Source: Blastocladiella emersonii ATCC 22665
Lineage: Eukaryota; Fungi; Blastocladiomycota
NCBI GenBank assembly: GCA_025594325.1
Contig: JANHCV010000002.1
Span: 682,001-746,000, forward strand
Direction of reading: 5' to 3'
DNA length: 64,000 nucleotides
Below, piece after piece: positions 32,335 through 42,217 of the stretch. Position numbers and translations under genes: made by a program. The notes beneath the pieces were generated by a model that was not told the DNA's origin, did not search any database, and saw only the letters and a list, made by a program, of their open reading frames with translations. Numbering within the stretch: the stretch's first letter is position 1; each line of letters starts with the position of its first letter.

Positions 32335-33392
32335 GTCGGTGAGGAGGCTACATGGCGATGAGCTGTGAGCGCCGGCCCCACCGCGGGCGCGATGGACGAG
32401 CAGCGTACGTTCGAGTACGACAACGATGGTAGTAGGATATGATTGCTCGGCCACGCAGCGAGGCAAGGGGGGCACCGTCCCTATATCAACGGTTCGCGCG
32501 CCCGACGCGCCGGACCCGCGGCCGCGGGGCGAGTGCTTCGGCCATGGTCCGCGCGGCGGCAGGCAGACGGTAAATGCCAGCGAGCGCGGGAACCGGTGGA
32601 CGTTGCACGGCGGGTCAACCGCGGCGCGGCCCCGGCCATGGCCTCATCGCAGCTGCATGCGTGTGGCGCGGGGGCTGATCATGGCCGCTATCGCGGGCCT
32701 GCGCCACGCACGCGGGAGGGGAGAACTGGCGCGCGCGGGTGCCCATGACCACGGCGTGCGCCCCAGCGTACGCGACCGCCCCGCAGCGGCCACGGTTCTA
32801 GCGCACATCGGGCGGGACGGGCGCGAGCGGCTTTGAAGAAGCGGGCGCGCGTCTCCCGCGTGAAACGCGTCGCGCCTCGAAATGGTGCCATGCTCACGTG
32901 CCCGCCGACGCGTCGTTTCCCAAGTGGCCGGGCCACGCGGGTCCGCCGCTTCGGGTCTGCTGCCGTGTGCTTTCAGCCTGCGGCAGGCGCTTGAATTTTT
33001 TTGTCTCGCACCCGCGCACGTGTCGTCTCCGCCCTTTTAAACGCGTCTCACGGACGACGTGTGCGGATCGCCGCGAGGGGAGACGGGCAACCAGCTGGTC
33101 GGTCGTCGTCAGTTGGTGCACTCTCTCATCAAGGGCGAGTTTGATGGCCTTTGCAGGGGGCGATTGGCTCGCTAGCGTACACTTCGTCTAGTTGCAGTCT
33201 GCAAGTCGTACTTGCGCCCTTCCTCCGTGGCCGCGCGCCCGCACAGTCGCGTCGAGGTATCAGATGAGTGGCGCTGGGCGCTGCAGCCGCACCGCCAAGT
33301 CCCCCTGCCACCGCTTGCGCTCCGCTCAGGAACCCGCCGCCTTCGAGCCGACAACCAGAAAACACGCTAACTTGATGAAAATCCAATGTAAC

Positions 33393-34285
33393 ATGGCGCA
33401 ACTTTCTTGCATGCATGTCCCACGCATCCTCGAGCAGATCCTCGTCCGCGTCGTCTACTTGCACGACGACCCCAACGACGTCGCTGGTCTCTTGCACTAT
33501 GCCCGAGTTTTGCGCCACCAGGACGCTCACGGAGTTCAGAAAGCGATTTTCGACCGGTCGCCGGTCCTTTCCGTTGACAGCGCTTTTGCTGCAGGCCGCG
33601 TCGGCGTTCTTTAGCGGCGGCGTGAGCGCTTTCCGAAGCGTGATTGACGTTTCTGTTCAGCTCTCGCGGCGGCTCCTTGGCCCAAAGCGCCGATTCTACG
33701 TGGTCACTGCCTGCCGGTCTTGAGCAACTCACTTTATCAGGTTCTCGCCTTCCGGGTAGCACTGCTCGTGGCCTTGGCCGTGCGCTCCCATCGTCGCTTT
33801 TGGACCTGAAACTTGTCAACTCTACGATCAAGAAGGAAGACTTGGCTGTCATAGGTGACTTCATTCCGCCCACGCTCGCGGTTCTTGACCTTTTGTCCAA
33901 CTGGGCTGTTGGACCTGCTCTCGCGAACATCGCTGCATCGCTCCCTTCCTCCTTGTTATCGTTTTCTGCGCGAGCCGCGGGCCTCAAGGGTTCGGACATT
34001 GCGGTCTTTCTCCCGCGCCTCCCCAGCGCTCTCGAATCCCTTGACTCGAGTTCCAAGATTCTTGGACGAGACGGAGCATCCACGATTGCTAAGCACTTGT
34101 CCCCGCAGCTGCGTCAACTTTTCCTTGGCGAGGTCGGGTTTGGCGATAGGGAAACAATGCTCCTGGTACCCGCGCTTCCTGGTTCGCTACGGGCCTTGGA
34201 CGTTTCGAACAGCTACGTGACGGAAGTGGGATGGTCGTTCCTAAACACTCACCGTCGTTCTGCGGCCAGTGCCTTCTATGAGTAA
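33393..34285 (+). pseudogene. F-box-like/ankyrin-LRR family member, apparently disrupted (TAG at 33612-33614 before the LRR exon 33662..34285)
   Basis: The N-terminal part aligns with the 53507 gene (ILEQILVRVV.LHDD..DV..L.HYARV...AAGRVGVL*). The downstream ORF has LPSSLLDLKLVNS-type LRRs. I found no GT-AG intron that removes the stop in the required phase. Confidence 0.5.
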
Positions 34286-34547
34286 ACTACATACGTGTTT
34301 GTCAAAGTCGTGCAAAACTATTTTCCAATGTGCAACTCCCTTAACTTTGCCCAACATGAGCGTTCCCATCATCCTCCGAACTCCGAACGGACCATCAGCT
34401 GGTTTAAGCCGCGTTGCGCCGCAGCGTGACCCGGTGGACCATCGAGTGACTCGGTCGGCGGTCGTTGGGCGTCACCACCCTGCTCCGCTTCTCCTCTCAC
34501 GCCTGCTGTTCGCTGCACCCATGGAAACATAAACTTAATGCAACGTC

Positions 34548-35864
34548 ATGGATGAACCTCTTGCACCTATAATTCGTCTTCCGTTCGAGTTAGTCGAGAC
34601 CATTTTGATCACGGCGGCGCGCGCGGAGCCGTGGGGATTCGACCCGCTGCCTTACTTGCGCGTCGCGCCGGGCATGACCAAGCTTCGCCGAGCTGTCTTC
34701 AACCTTAGCATCTCGCCAAACTTCAGCCGAGCTGCAAGTGACATGAACCTGCCGCTGCTCAAGGAGTATTACAAGTACCGCGACCCGGCCAGACTCTGCT
34801 TCGACAATTATACACTCAATAATGCTTGCCGCGAGGGCCGCCTCGACATTCTCGAGTGGTGGCGCTCGACGGGGCTCCGGCTGCCTGTGTGCGTGTACAC
34901 TCTCGAGACGGAACACATTCCCGTGCTCGATTTCTGGCTTCAATCGGGCATCGATCCCAAGTTTGCCGAGGGTGCCGTTGACAGCGCCGCCGAGCGCGGC
35001 TGGACCCACGTCCTTGACTGGTGGCACACGTGCGGGTTCGAGTTCAAGTATTCGGTTCGTGCGATCGACGGGGCCGTGGCCAATGATCGCATGAACGTGC
35101 TCGAATGGTTTGCTTCCCACGGGCTCGAAATCAAGTGCGAAAGGGCCTTGGCCTACGCGTCGACTCGGGGTACCATTTCCATTCTGGAATGGCTCAAGGC
35201 GCATGGCGTGCGCATGGATCCAGCCAAGATTGAAAACGACCTTTCGTTCGCCAAGCCGGACGCACTTGAATGGTGGCGGCGCGAGTGTCCCGAGTGGTTC
35301 CTCAGCCTGCCGTGGGGCCAGTTGATTGCCAGCGCCGCAAAGGAGAATGGCCCCGCGCGCCTCCAGTGGATCCGTGAGGTCGTGGTCCCTGTTGACGACC
35401 CGCGGTGGTGCACGTCGCCGTCGCTGCTTGACGTGGCGTGCGAGCGCGGCAAAGTACCCGTCCTAGATTGGCTCACTGAAAACCTGCCGCCAGCTGCTCT
35501 GACCTACACCGAAGCTGCTGTTGACAAGACGTCGCCGTGGCACCCCAAACTGTGCGTGCTTGAGTGGCTTCATCGCACTGGACGCGAGGTCAAGTACACG
35601 AACGCGGCGATCGAAAACTTCTCGGCGAACGGCGATATCGAATGTCTCCAGTGGTTCTTGGATCACGGTTACGAACTCAAGTACTCGCCTGGCGTTGGTA
35701 GCCGCGCGTTGGGGCGCGGTCAGCAGAAGATGGCCGAATGGTGGCGAGCGACCGCGCTTCCAAACTGTTTCCAGCCCGGCGCGCAGTTTAAGTTCCGCTC
35801 GGACAGCATGTGGACTTGGGCCCAGGATAAGGGTCTCGATCTTTCATACGTGCTTAGCAACTGA
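34548..35864 (+). CDS. F-box-like N-terminus plus divergent ankyrin-like repeats, 438 aa, no intron seen
   Basis: LPFELVETIL helix, then repeats ACREGRLDILEWWRSTG, AAERGWTHVLDWWHTCG, AVANDRMNVLEWFASHG, ACERGKVPVLDWL and FSANGDIECLQWFLDHG. Confidence 0.8.
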   Translation: MDEPLAPIIRLPFELVETILITAARAEPWGFDPLPYLRVAPGMTKLRRAVFNLSISPNFSRAASDMNLPLLKEYYKYRDPARLCFDNYTLNNACREGRLDILEWWRSTGLRLPVCVYTLETEHIPVLDFWLQSGIDPKFAEGAVDSAAERGWTHVLDWWHTCGFEFKYSVRAIDGAVANDRMNVLEWFASHGLEIKCERALAYASTRGTISILEWLKAHGVRMDPAKIENDLSFAKPDALEWWRRECPEWFLSLPWGQLIASAAKENGPARLQWIREVVVPVDDPRWCTSPSLLDVACERGKVPVLDWLTENLPPAALTYTEAAVDKTSPWHPKLCVLEWLHRTGREVKYTNAAIENFSANGDIECLQWFLDHGYELKYSPGVGSRALGRGQQKMAEWWRATALPNCFQPGAQFKFRSDSMWTWAQDKGLDLSYVLSN

Positions 35865-36158
35865 AAATTTCAATCAACGATATATTTTCTCTTCTTACTC
35901 CGCGGATTATTCTGGATTTTTGAGAGTCCTGCGTTGGGTCAGGGTAGAGGAACGCGTCTGACTCGGGCACGCGGCGAACACGCGCCGTGATCGCAATGTC
36001 CCCTGGGTAGGGAAGGCACCGAATGCGCGCGGAAACACGATGAATGAGTGCTTGCGCTTATCTCGGCTGACTGCACAAACTAGGTGTGCCGAGAGCTGGC
36101 TCAACCGGAGCCTTGCTTGCCCCATGTGCCGAACTCCGACTGAGCGTCTCCTACGCAT

Positions 36159-36905
36159 CTATCTCGACGGCGCCTTACCTGGAACCGAACAGGACGCTCG
36201 ACGCTGGGAATGAGCATGTGCCGTGCCGACGAGATCGTTCGGGACCTTCTCGCTCGGATCATTGGCGAGATTATCGGCCAGGGACACAGCACGCGAGCCA
36301 ATCCGGCTGATCGGTCCACTCGTGTGACCCGTGTTGTGAGAAGCAATGGACCACGCTGAACGTTTCTGCGGCTCCAGCGTTTCCACGCGGATAGAGCGGT
36401 TTCCGTTCAGCTTGCGGAAGAACCATGTGTCCACGTCATGCGAAAAGTCGCGGCCGCCGTCCTTGCCGCCAGTAAACCAGCAGTAACCGAGGTCGAGAAG
36501 GATCAAGACGTGCTCGAGAATCAAGAAGAACGCCCAAACGGCCCATGAGGACACCGTCGGAATCGCAACGGCAAAGAACACCGACGTGAAGAGATCGAGA
36601 TCGCTGTACACGTTTGCGCGAAGCCGCCAGTGCGCGAACGGGTCGCCGCGCGCGACGTGCGTGTACGAGAGCAGCGTGTGTCGGAACGCTCGCACGATGC
36701 GGAGGAGTATCTTGAACCCCATCACGATGGCAACCTGGGCGTACGGAGACTTGTCCAATAAGAGCCAGCCGGCGTAGAAGATGTCGCAGACGAGATAGGG
36801 GATGACGCTGTACGAGGCGAACGCCACCGCGACAAGCACGTCGCGCTGCGTGATGGCAAGCGCCGACTCTTGGAACGAGTCGGTGACGGCGGACTTGGCC
36901 TTCAT
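36159..36905 (-). CDS. Hypothetical multi-pass membrane protein (start and exon structure uncertain)
   Basis: ORF from MKAKSAV with several hydrophobic segments (VLVAVAFASYSVIPYLVCDIFYAGWLLL; FTSVFFAVAIPTVSSWAVWAFFLILEHVLILL). No family recognised. Confidence 0.4.
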   Translation of the reverse strand: MKAKSAVTDSFQESALAITQRDVLVAVAFASYSVIPYLVCDIFYAGWLLLDKSPYAQVAIVMGFKILLRIVRAFRHTLLSYTHVARGDPFAHWRLRANVYSDLDLFTSVFFAVAIPTVSSWAVWAFFLILEHVLILLDLGYCWFTGGKDGGRDFSHDVDTWFFRKLNGNRSIRVETLEPQKRSAWSIASHNTGHTSGPISRIGSRAVSLADNLANDPSEKVPNDLVGTAHAHSQRRASCSVPGKAPSR

Positions 36906-37271
36906 TTGGCTTTTGACAGGCGACGGAGTGGGTTGACTAGTAGAAGACTCCGTGCGCCAGATGCGGCGAGGGACGGGAGACACAAGTGCTGGCGCTCTGC
37001 CTTGTTCTCGAGTTTCGGTTCCCGCGAAGTGAAAACACACGCTGAAGACGTTCGCATGGATCCCCTGCACGAGAAATTCGCGTGCCCGCGAGACAGTGGG
37101 TGCGAGACGCGTTGTGAAAACACGTGAGTGGCGCCGCAGCGCTGATCTGATCTGCATGCATGCACGCGGGCCTCCTGCAGCGGACGAGCGCTCCGCTCAC
37201 CCTCTCTTTTAACGCAATCCAACAGCCACTGGAACCCCCAGACTTGATGCAATTGCGTCGTTGCAACTCCC

Positions 37272-38132
37272 ATGAATCAACTCGAGTCGCCGCCTGCGTT
37301 GGCGCCTCGGCGAATCCCGCACTTGCCCATGGAGATCATCGAAAAGATTCTCATCTTCGCACTTCCGCGGGTTCCTTGGGAGCAAGTCGGAGATTTGCCA
37401 GTGCTATTGAAGAGCGTTCGCCGGCATCTGCGGATCCTCCGCGTTGCGCCTGGCTTGACACGCTTGCGCCGACGCTTCTTCTGCCTGCCGTTTGTATTCT
37501 CGCTGAGCGAGGTGCTCCGCGCTTACAAACCGGCCTTGGTGGCCGAATTTGTTTTATACACGCGTCCCTCGAGCATCATATACAAGGACGACGATCTCGC
37601 CGAGATTTCGGCCCTTGGACGCGTGGACCTGCTCAACTGCCTTAAACGGGCCGAACTCACGATGCCCTGCCATCTCCCGTCCGTACTCATCGCGTCAAAG
37701 CACGGCTACGTCTCCGTCTTGCAGTGGTGGCGCGACCACAGCCCTAGACTTCCCTTCTCCGAATCTTGTTTGACTGCGGCCGTTGCAAGCGGCCACATTC
37801 CCGTCCTCGAGTGGTGGCGCGATCGTTCCGGGCTCGACGTCAAGTTTACGGAGGTCTGCATGATTGTGGCCATTCGCGAAAACCAAGCGGACGCGCTGTC
37901 GTGGCTCTGTCGGCTTGGAACCATCCGACTCGGCTCGAAAACCGAACGCACACTTGCTCGCTTGAAGCCGGAACAACTTGCTGCCCTAGAGGGCGCGCTG
38001 GTTGCGCTGGGACCGCTCTACGGCTTTTCACTCCGCAGCCTTCTCAATGATGTCAAACGCGTTCAACCCCCGGCTCCGAGAGCACCGCGCAAGCGTCCCA
38101 AGAAACCGCGGAGCGATCGCACGCCTGCTTGA
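37272..38132 (+). CDS. F-box-like N-terminus plus ankyrin-like repeats, 286 aa; paralog of 34548..35864
   Basis: LPMEIIEKILIFAL, LRVAPGLTRLRRRFF (cf. LRVAPGMTKLRRAVF), ASKHGYVSVLQWWRDH and AVASGHIPVLEWWRDRSGL. Confidence 0.78.
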   Translation: MNQLESPPALAPRRIPHLPMEIIEKILIFALPRVPWEQVGDLPVLLKSVRRHLRILRVAPGLTRLRRRFFCLPFVFSLSEVLRAYKPALVAEFVLYTRPSSIIYKDDDLAEISALGRVDLLNCLKRAELTMPCHLPSVLIASKHGYVSVLQWWRDHSPRLPFSESCLTAAVASGHIPVLEWWRDRSGLDVKFTEVCMIVAIRENQADALSWLCRLGTIRLGSKTERTLARLKPEQLAALEGALVALGPLYGFSLRSLLNDVKRVQPPAPRAPRKRPKKPRSDRTPA

Positions 38133-38590
38133 GACCAAGGCATTGGCGGCCACGACTCGTTTCGAGCGGGGATCGCGGCCGCCTGTTGACCGAAATTTAT
38201 CGTGCTTCTCCTTGTCACTCATGTTCATTTGATACATTATCGTACTCTTTTAAGCCGTGTCGTCCAAGCGGTGGTATCAGGAGCGAGAGACACGATGCGA
38301 GACGCGTCGCGAAATCATGAGCGTGTGGCGCAGCAGCGCGTTACTCCTTCGACACGGTCGGTGAACGCGACCGATTCCCGCCAAGCACGTCGCTCCTTTT
38401 CACCGAGCTCTCGCAACCCTCATTCGGACACCAAGGGAAGCGCGAGTTCAAAACCGAGATGCGTGCAGCAGCTTCTGTACATTTGGGCGAGGTGGCGAGG
38501 TAGGGAGATGTGGGTTTGCATGTGGGGAGGAGGGAGGGAGGGGTAGTCTCAATGCAGGATAGGGAGAACACAAATGCGAGACGACGAGTC

Positions 38591-40315
38591 TCAGTGAGCC
38601 GCGGGCGCGGGGGCGGCGGCGGCCTTGGGAGGACGAGGCGCAGCAGCGACGCCGTCGGCACCGCCCTCCTTGTCCTTGTTGTTGCTGCGGCCACCGCGGC
38701 GACGGCGCCGCGGGCGGTCGCCGGCGGGGGCAGCGCCGTCGGCCGAGGAGGGTTCCGCGGCGGCGGGCTTGCCATTAGACTGGTTGCGCGGGGAGCCGTT
38801 GGCGTCGCCGTCAGCGCGGGGCGCCTTGGGCCCGCGGCGGCGGGGCGCGCGCGTGCGGGGCTTGGGCGCGTCCGACGGGTTCTCGGACGAGGTGTCGGCG
38901 GCGGGCGCAGCAACGACCTCAGTCTCGTCAGCGGTCGCAGTGGCGGGCGCGTCCTCGATCGGGAGCGAGGCGACGGCGTCGGCAAAGGCGGCGTACTTGG
39001 CCTCGGTGGCCGACTGGGCGGCGGCGAGGTCGTCCTCGGCCATGGCGGACATGAAGGAGAGGCGCGGGGTGGGCTCGTCGTTGGTCGGGGTGGCCGAGGC
39101 GGCGGCGGAAGCCGAGTCGGCGTCAGCGGCGTCCATGTCCTCGTCCATGGGGGCGAGGAACGAGGGGATCAGGACGTTGGCGTTGTTGCCGAGCGAGCGT
39201 TCGCTGTCGCCGGCGAGCGAGCGCGACGTGTCGTCGTCCTCGGCGAGGTCGCTGGCGGCGGCGTCGACCGACTCGTCGACCATGAACTCGACGGCCGAGG
39301 GGAGCAGGTCCTCGATGCGGAGCGGGGCCTCGATGAGGCGCTCGTGGATCTGGGCGTCTATGGTTGCGGGAGGTGGTTAGGCAGGATCGCAACGCGCACG
39401 AAAAAGAAGCGTACAGGTGACGCCCTCGACGTCCTCGACCTCGGCGTCGTCCTTGTCGTGGACGCGGCGGGCGGCGGCAAACGTCTTGGCGATGGGGTCC
39501 TCGTTGGCGTTCGGGGTCGGGGTGGACTCGCTGTCCTCGGCGTCGCGCTCCGCAGCGGCGGCGGTGGGGCGCAGCTCGGGGAGGAACACGGCGCGGAGCT
39601 GGGCGACGATGGGGTCCTCGGGGTCGAGCTCGACGAGCTCGCGGGCGAGGGCGACGTAGGTGCGGAACACGGCGAGCACCTCGTTGCGGCCCTCGGTCTT
39701 GGCGGCCGCGCGGTCCGCGGCGGCGAGCTTCGCGGCGGCCTTGTCCTCGGCAGCGCGCTTGGCAGCCTGCTCGTCCTCGAGGTCGGCAAAGACGCGGATC
39801 AGCTCGGCGAGCTCGGCGAGGGCGGCGCGCAGGCCGTTGAGCTGGGCGAGCGAGTCGCGCTGGTCGGGCTGCAGCTGGTCGAGCGGCGAGTGCTCGTACT
39901 TTTCGATGCGGTCGATGCGGCGCTTGACGGCGCGGTACCGCTTGACGAGCACCTCGACGTGCGACCCGTGGGCCTCCTTGAGCAGCTCCGACAGCGCCTT
40001 GACGGGGATGAGCTCGACGGCGGGCTTGGCCGCGGCCTTGGGGTGCGCGTCGTGCGCCGCGGACGCCGCGAAGGGCGACTCGGCGGGCGTCTTGCGCGTG
40101 CGCCGTGGCCGGTCGGCGTTGTGGGCGGCCGTGGGCGAGGCCGGCTTCGCGGTCGCGCCAGCGGCGTCGGACGCGGCGCCCTTGAGCATGGCGCTGAGCG
40201 GCTTCTTCTTGAGCGCGGACGAGGGCGTCGGCGACGGCCCGTTGGCGAGGGCGGACGGCAGGTCCTCGAGCGACGCCACGGCCGAGTCGGACATGCGCAT
40301 GAGGGTGGAGGCCAT
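38591..40315 (-). CDS. Caprin/PYM-like helical-hairpin protein with Arg/Gly-rich tail, probable RNA-binding; join(40315..39415,39357..38591), 555 aa
   Basis: KRYRAVKRRIDRIEKYEHSPLDQLQPDQRDSLAQLNGLRAALAELAEL resembles the KK.RNL.K....L..Y......LN.DQ...L motif. A 57-nt phase-1 intron (39358-39414) joins two track ORFs. The tail contains RPRRRRRGGRS. Confidence 0.55.
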
Positions 40316-40831
40316 GGTTCGGGTGGTGTGTTCCAGTTCCGTGGCGTCTCCGTTGCGTTGTGGCGGCTCGGTTGAGAGGGGGAGAGCGGGAGGATGAGGG
40401 CGAGCGGGCCGGGCATCCGCGCAGCGACCCGCGTGGGAGTCGACGGCGGCATGGGAACCGCGGACGGGGGACGCCGATGGGCCTCACAGCCGCCGCACGT
40501 GCGCCCACGCGCGCCTGGCCACCACGCGTCGGTCTGCCGGTCCACGATCGGGGCTGCGCCAAATGTCGCCCGCCATTTATTGCGCGGGGCGAGGGAGACA
40601 TTTTCGCGCAATTAATGCGCGGGTGGGAGAGTATCCGCGCGGTATGATGCCCATTCGGGCGCGGGCGCGCATGATCCCTGACCGTCGCGTGCTCGTTGCT
40701 TCGCCACACTGCTGCTCCGCTCTCCGCCGACGCCATCCGACCTCACTTGCTCGCCGCTCGCTCTCCCTCCCTCCTGCTGCACTCGACAGCACACTCCCCC
40801 ACCCAGACCCTGCAACGTACCAACCGCCACC

Positions 40832-42115
40832 ATGTCGACCCGCCACGAGCGCATGAACGACAAGTCGCTCAACGACCGGCACACCAAGATCCTCAAGGCG
40901 CTGATGCAGCAGCCCGAGAACCGCGTGTGCGCCGACTGCAAGCGGCGCGACCCGCGGTGGGCCAGCCACTCGCTCGGCGTCTTCGTGTGCCTGCGGTGCT
41001 CGGGCATCCACCGCTCCATGGGCACCCACATCTCCAAGATGAAGTCGGCCGACCTCGACTCGTGGACGCCCGACCAGCTGCAGTCCATGATCGACTGGGG
41101 CAACGCCCGCGCCAACTGGTACTGGGAGGCCCGCGCCTCCTTCGAGCCCAACGACTCCAACATCGAAATGTACATCCGCTGCAAGTACGACCGCCGCCAG
41201 TTCACCCGCACCGGCCCGCTGCCCGACCCCAAGTCGCTCAACGTCGGCACCCGCTACGACCCCGCCACGGGCACCGTGTCGTCGGCCGAGACGGGCGCCG
41301 CGCCCGCTGCTGCTCCTGCTCCCGCTGCTGCGACCCCGGCCCCTAAGGGCGCCACGGCGTTCGCCGCTGCCGCCGCCGCGCCCGCCCCCGCGACCACCTC
41401 GGCCGCCGCCGACCTGTTCGCGTTCGGCGACTTTTCGTCGGCCCCCGCTGCTGCGCCCGCTCCCGCTGCCAGCAACGCCAACTCGCTCCTCAACTTCAGC
41501 GCCTCGCCGCGGCGCCCTGCTGCCGCTGCTCCCGCCACCTCGGGCTTCACGGCGCCCGGCGGCCTCAACCTCGCCAGCCTGTACGGCACCCCGGCCACCG
41601 CTGCTGCTCCCGCTCCCGCCCCGCCCGCCGCCGCGTTTGCCGATTTCGGCGCCTTCACTTCGGCCGCGGCTCCGGCTACCACGACCTCGGCCGCCCCGGC
41701 GTCGTCGGGTGGTGCGATGGCCGACTTTGGCGCCTTCGCCTCGTTCCCGGCCATGGGCGCGTCGTCGACCCCCACTCCCACCGCCGCCAAGTCCGCGACC
41801 GCCGCGGCTCCCGCGGGCGCGGCCGGGTTCGCCGCGTTCGGCACGGGCGCCGACGACCTGTTCGGCTTCTCGTCGGCCCCAACGACGACGACCGCCACGA
41901 CGACGAGCAACGGCTCGTTCGTCGCGGCCCCGTCGGGCGCCAGCGCGTTCGGCGCGTTCCCCGTCATGGGCATGGGCATGGTTCCGCCCATGTCGGCGGG
42001 CGCCGCCGCTCCCGCCCCCGCGGCGGCGGGCACGCTCAACCCGAACGCCAAGCCGGCGGCCCCTGCCGCGTCGGGCGCCAAGGACGCGTTCGATGGGCTC
42101 GTGTCGTGGAACTAG
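40832..42115 (+). CDS. ArfGAP (Age2/SMAP-like), 427 aa
   Basis: Zinc finger CADCKRRDPRWASHSLGVFVCLRCSGIHRSMGTHISKMKSADLDSW, GNARANWYWE and YIRCKYD. Low-complexity tail with DLFAF/DFGAF motifs. Confidence 0.93.
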   Translation: MSTRHERMNDKSLNDRHTKILKALMQQPENRVCADCKRRDPRWASHSLGVFVCLRCSGIHRSMGTHISKMKSADLDSWTPDQLQSMIDWGNARANWYWEARASFEPNDSNIEMYIRCKYDRRQFTRTGPLPDPKSLNVGTRYDPATGTVSSAETGAAPAAAPAPAAATPAPKGATAFAAAAAAPAPATTSAAADLFAFGDFSSAPAAAPAPAASNANSLLNFSASPRRPAAAAPATSGFTAPGGLNLASLYGTPATAAAPAPAPPAAAFADFGAFTSAAAPATTTSAAPASSGGAMADFGAFASFPAMGASSTPTPTAAKSATAAAPAGAAGFAAFGTGADDLFGFSSAPTTTTATTTSNGSFVAAPSGASAFGAFPVMGMGMVPPMSAGAAAPAPAAAGTLNPNAKPAAPAASGAKDAFDGLVSWN

Positions 42116-42217
42116 ATACCGGCCGATCGATTGACGATGGGGAGATTACGATGATGGAGAAGAAGACTTTGCGTGTAAATGCCTGGACAATAATATGATA
42201 TATCAACCGAGTCACAC

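Noticed and set aside
32335-32475. 47-aa N-terminal extension of MTHFR in the track
   Set aside because: It begins at a non-ATG codon and lacks codon bias; the family start MKIIDKL is at 32334.
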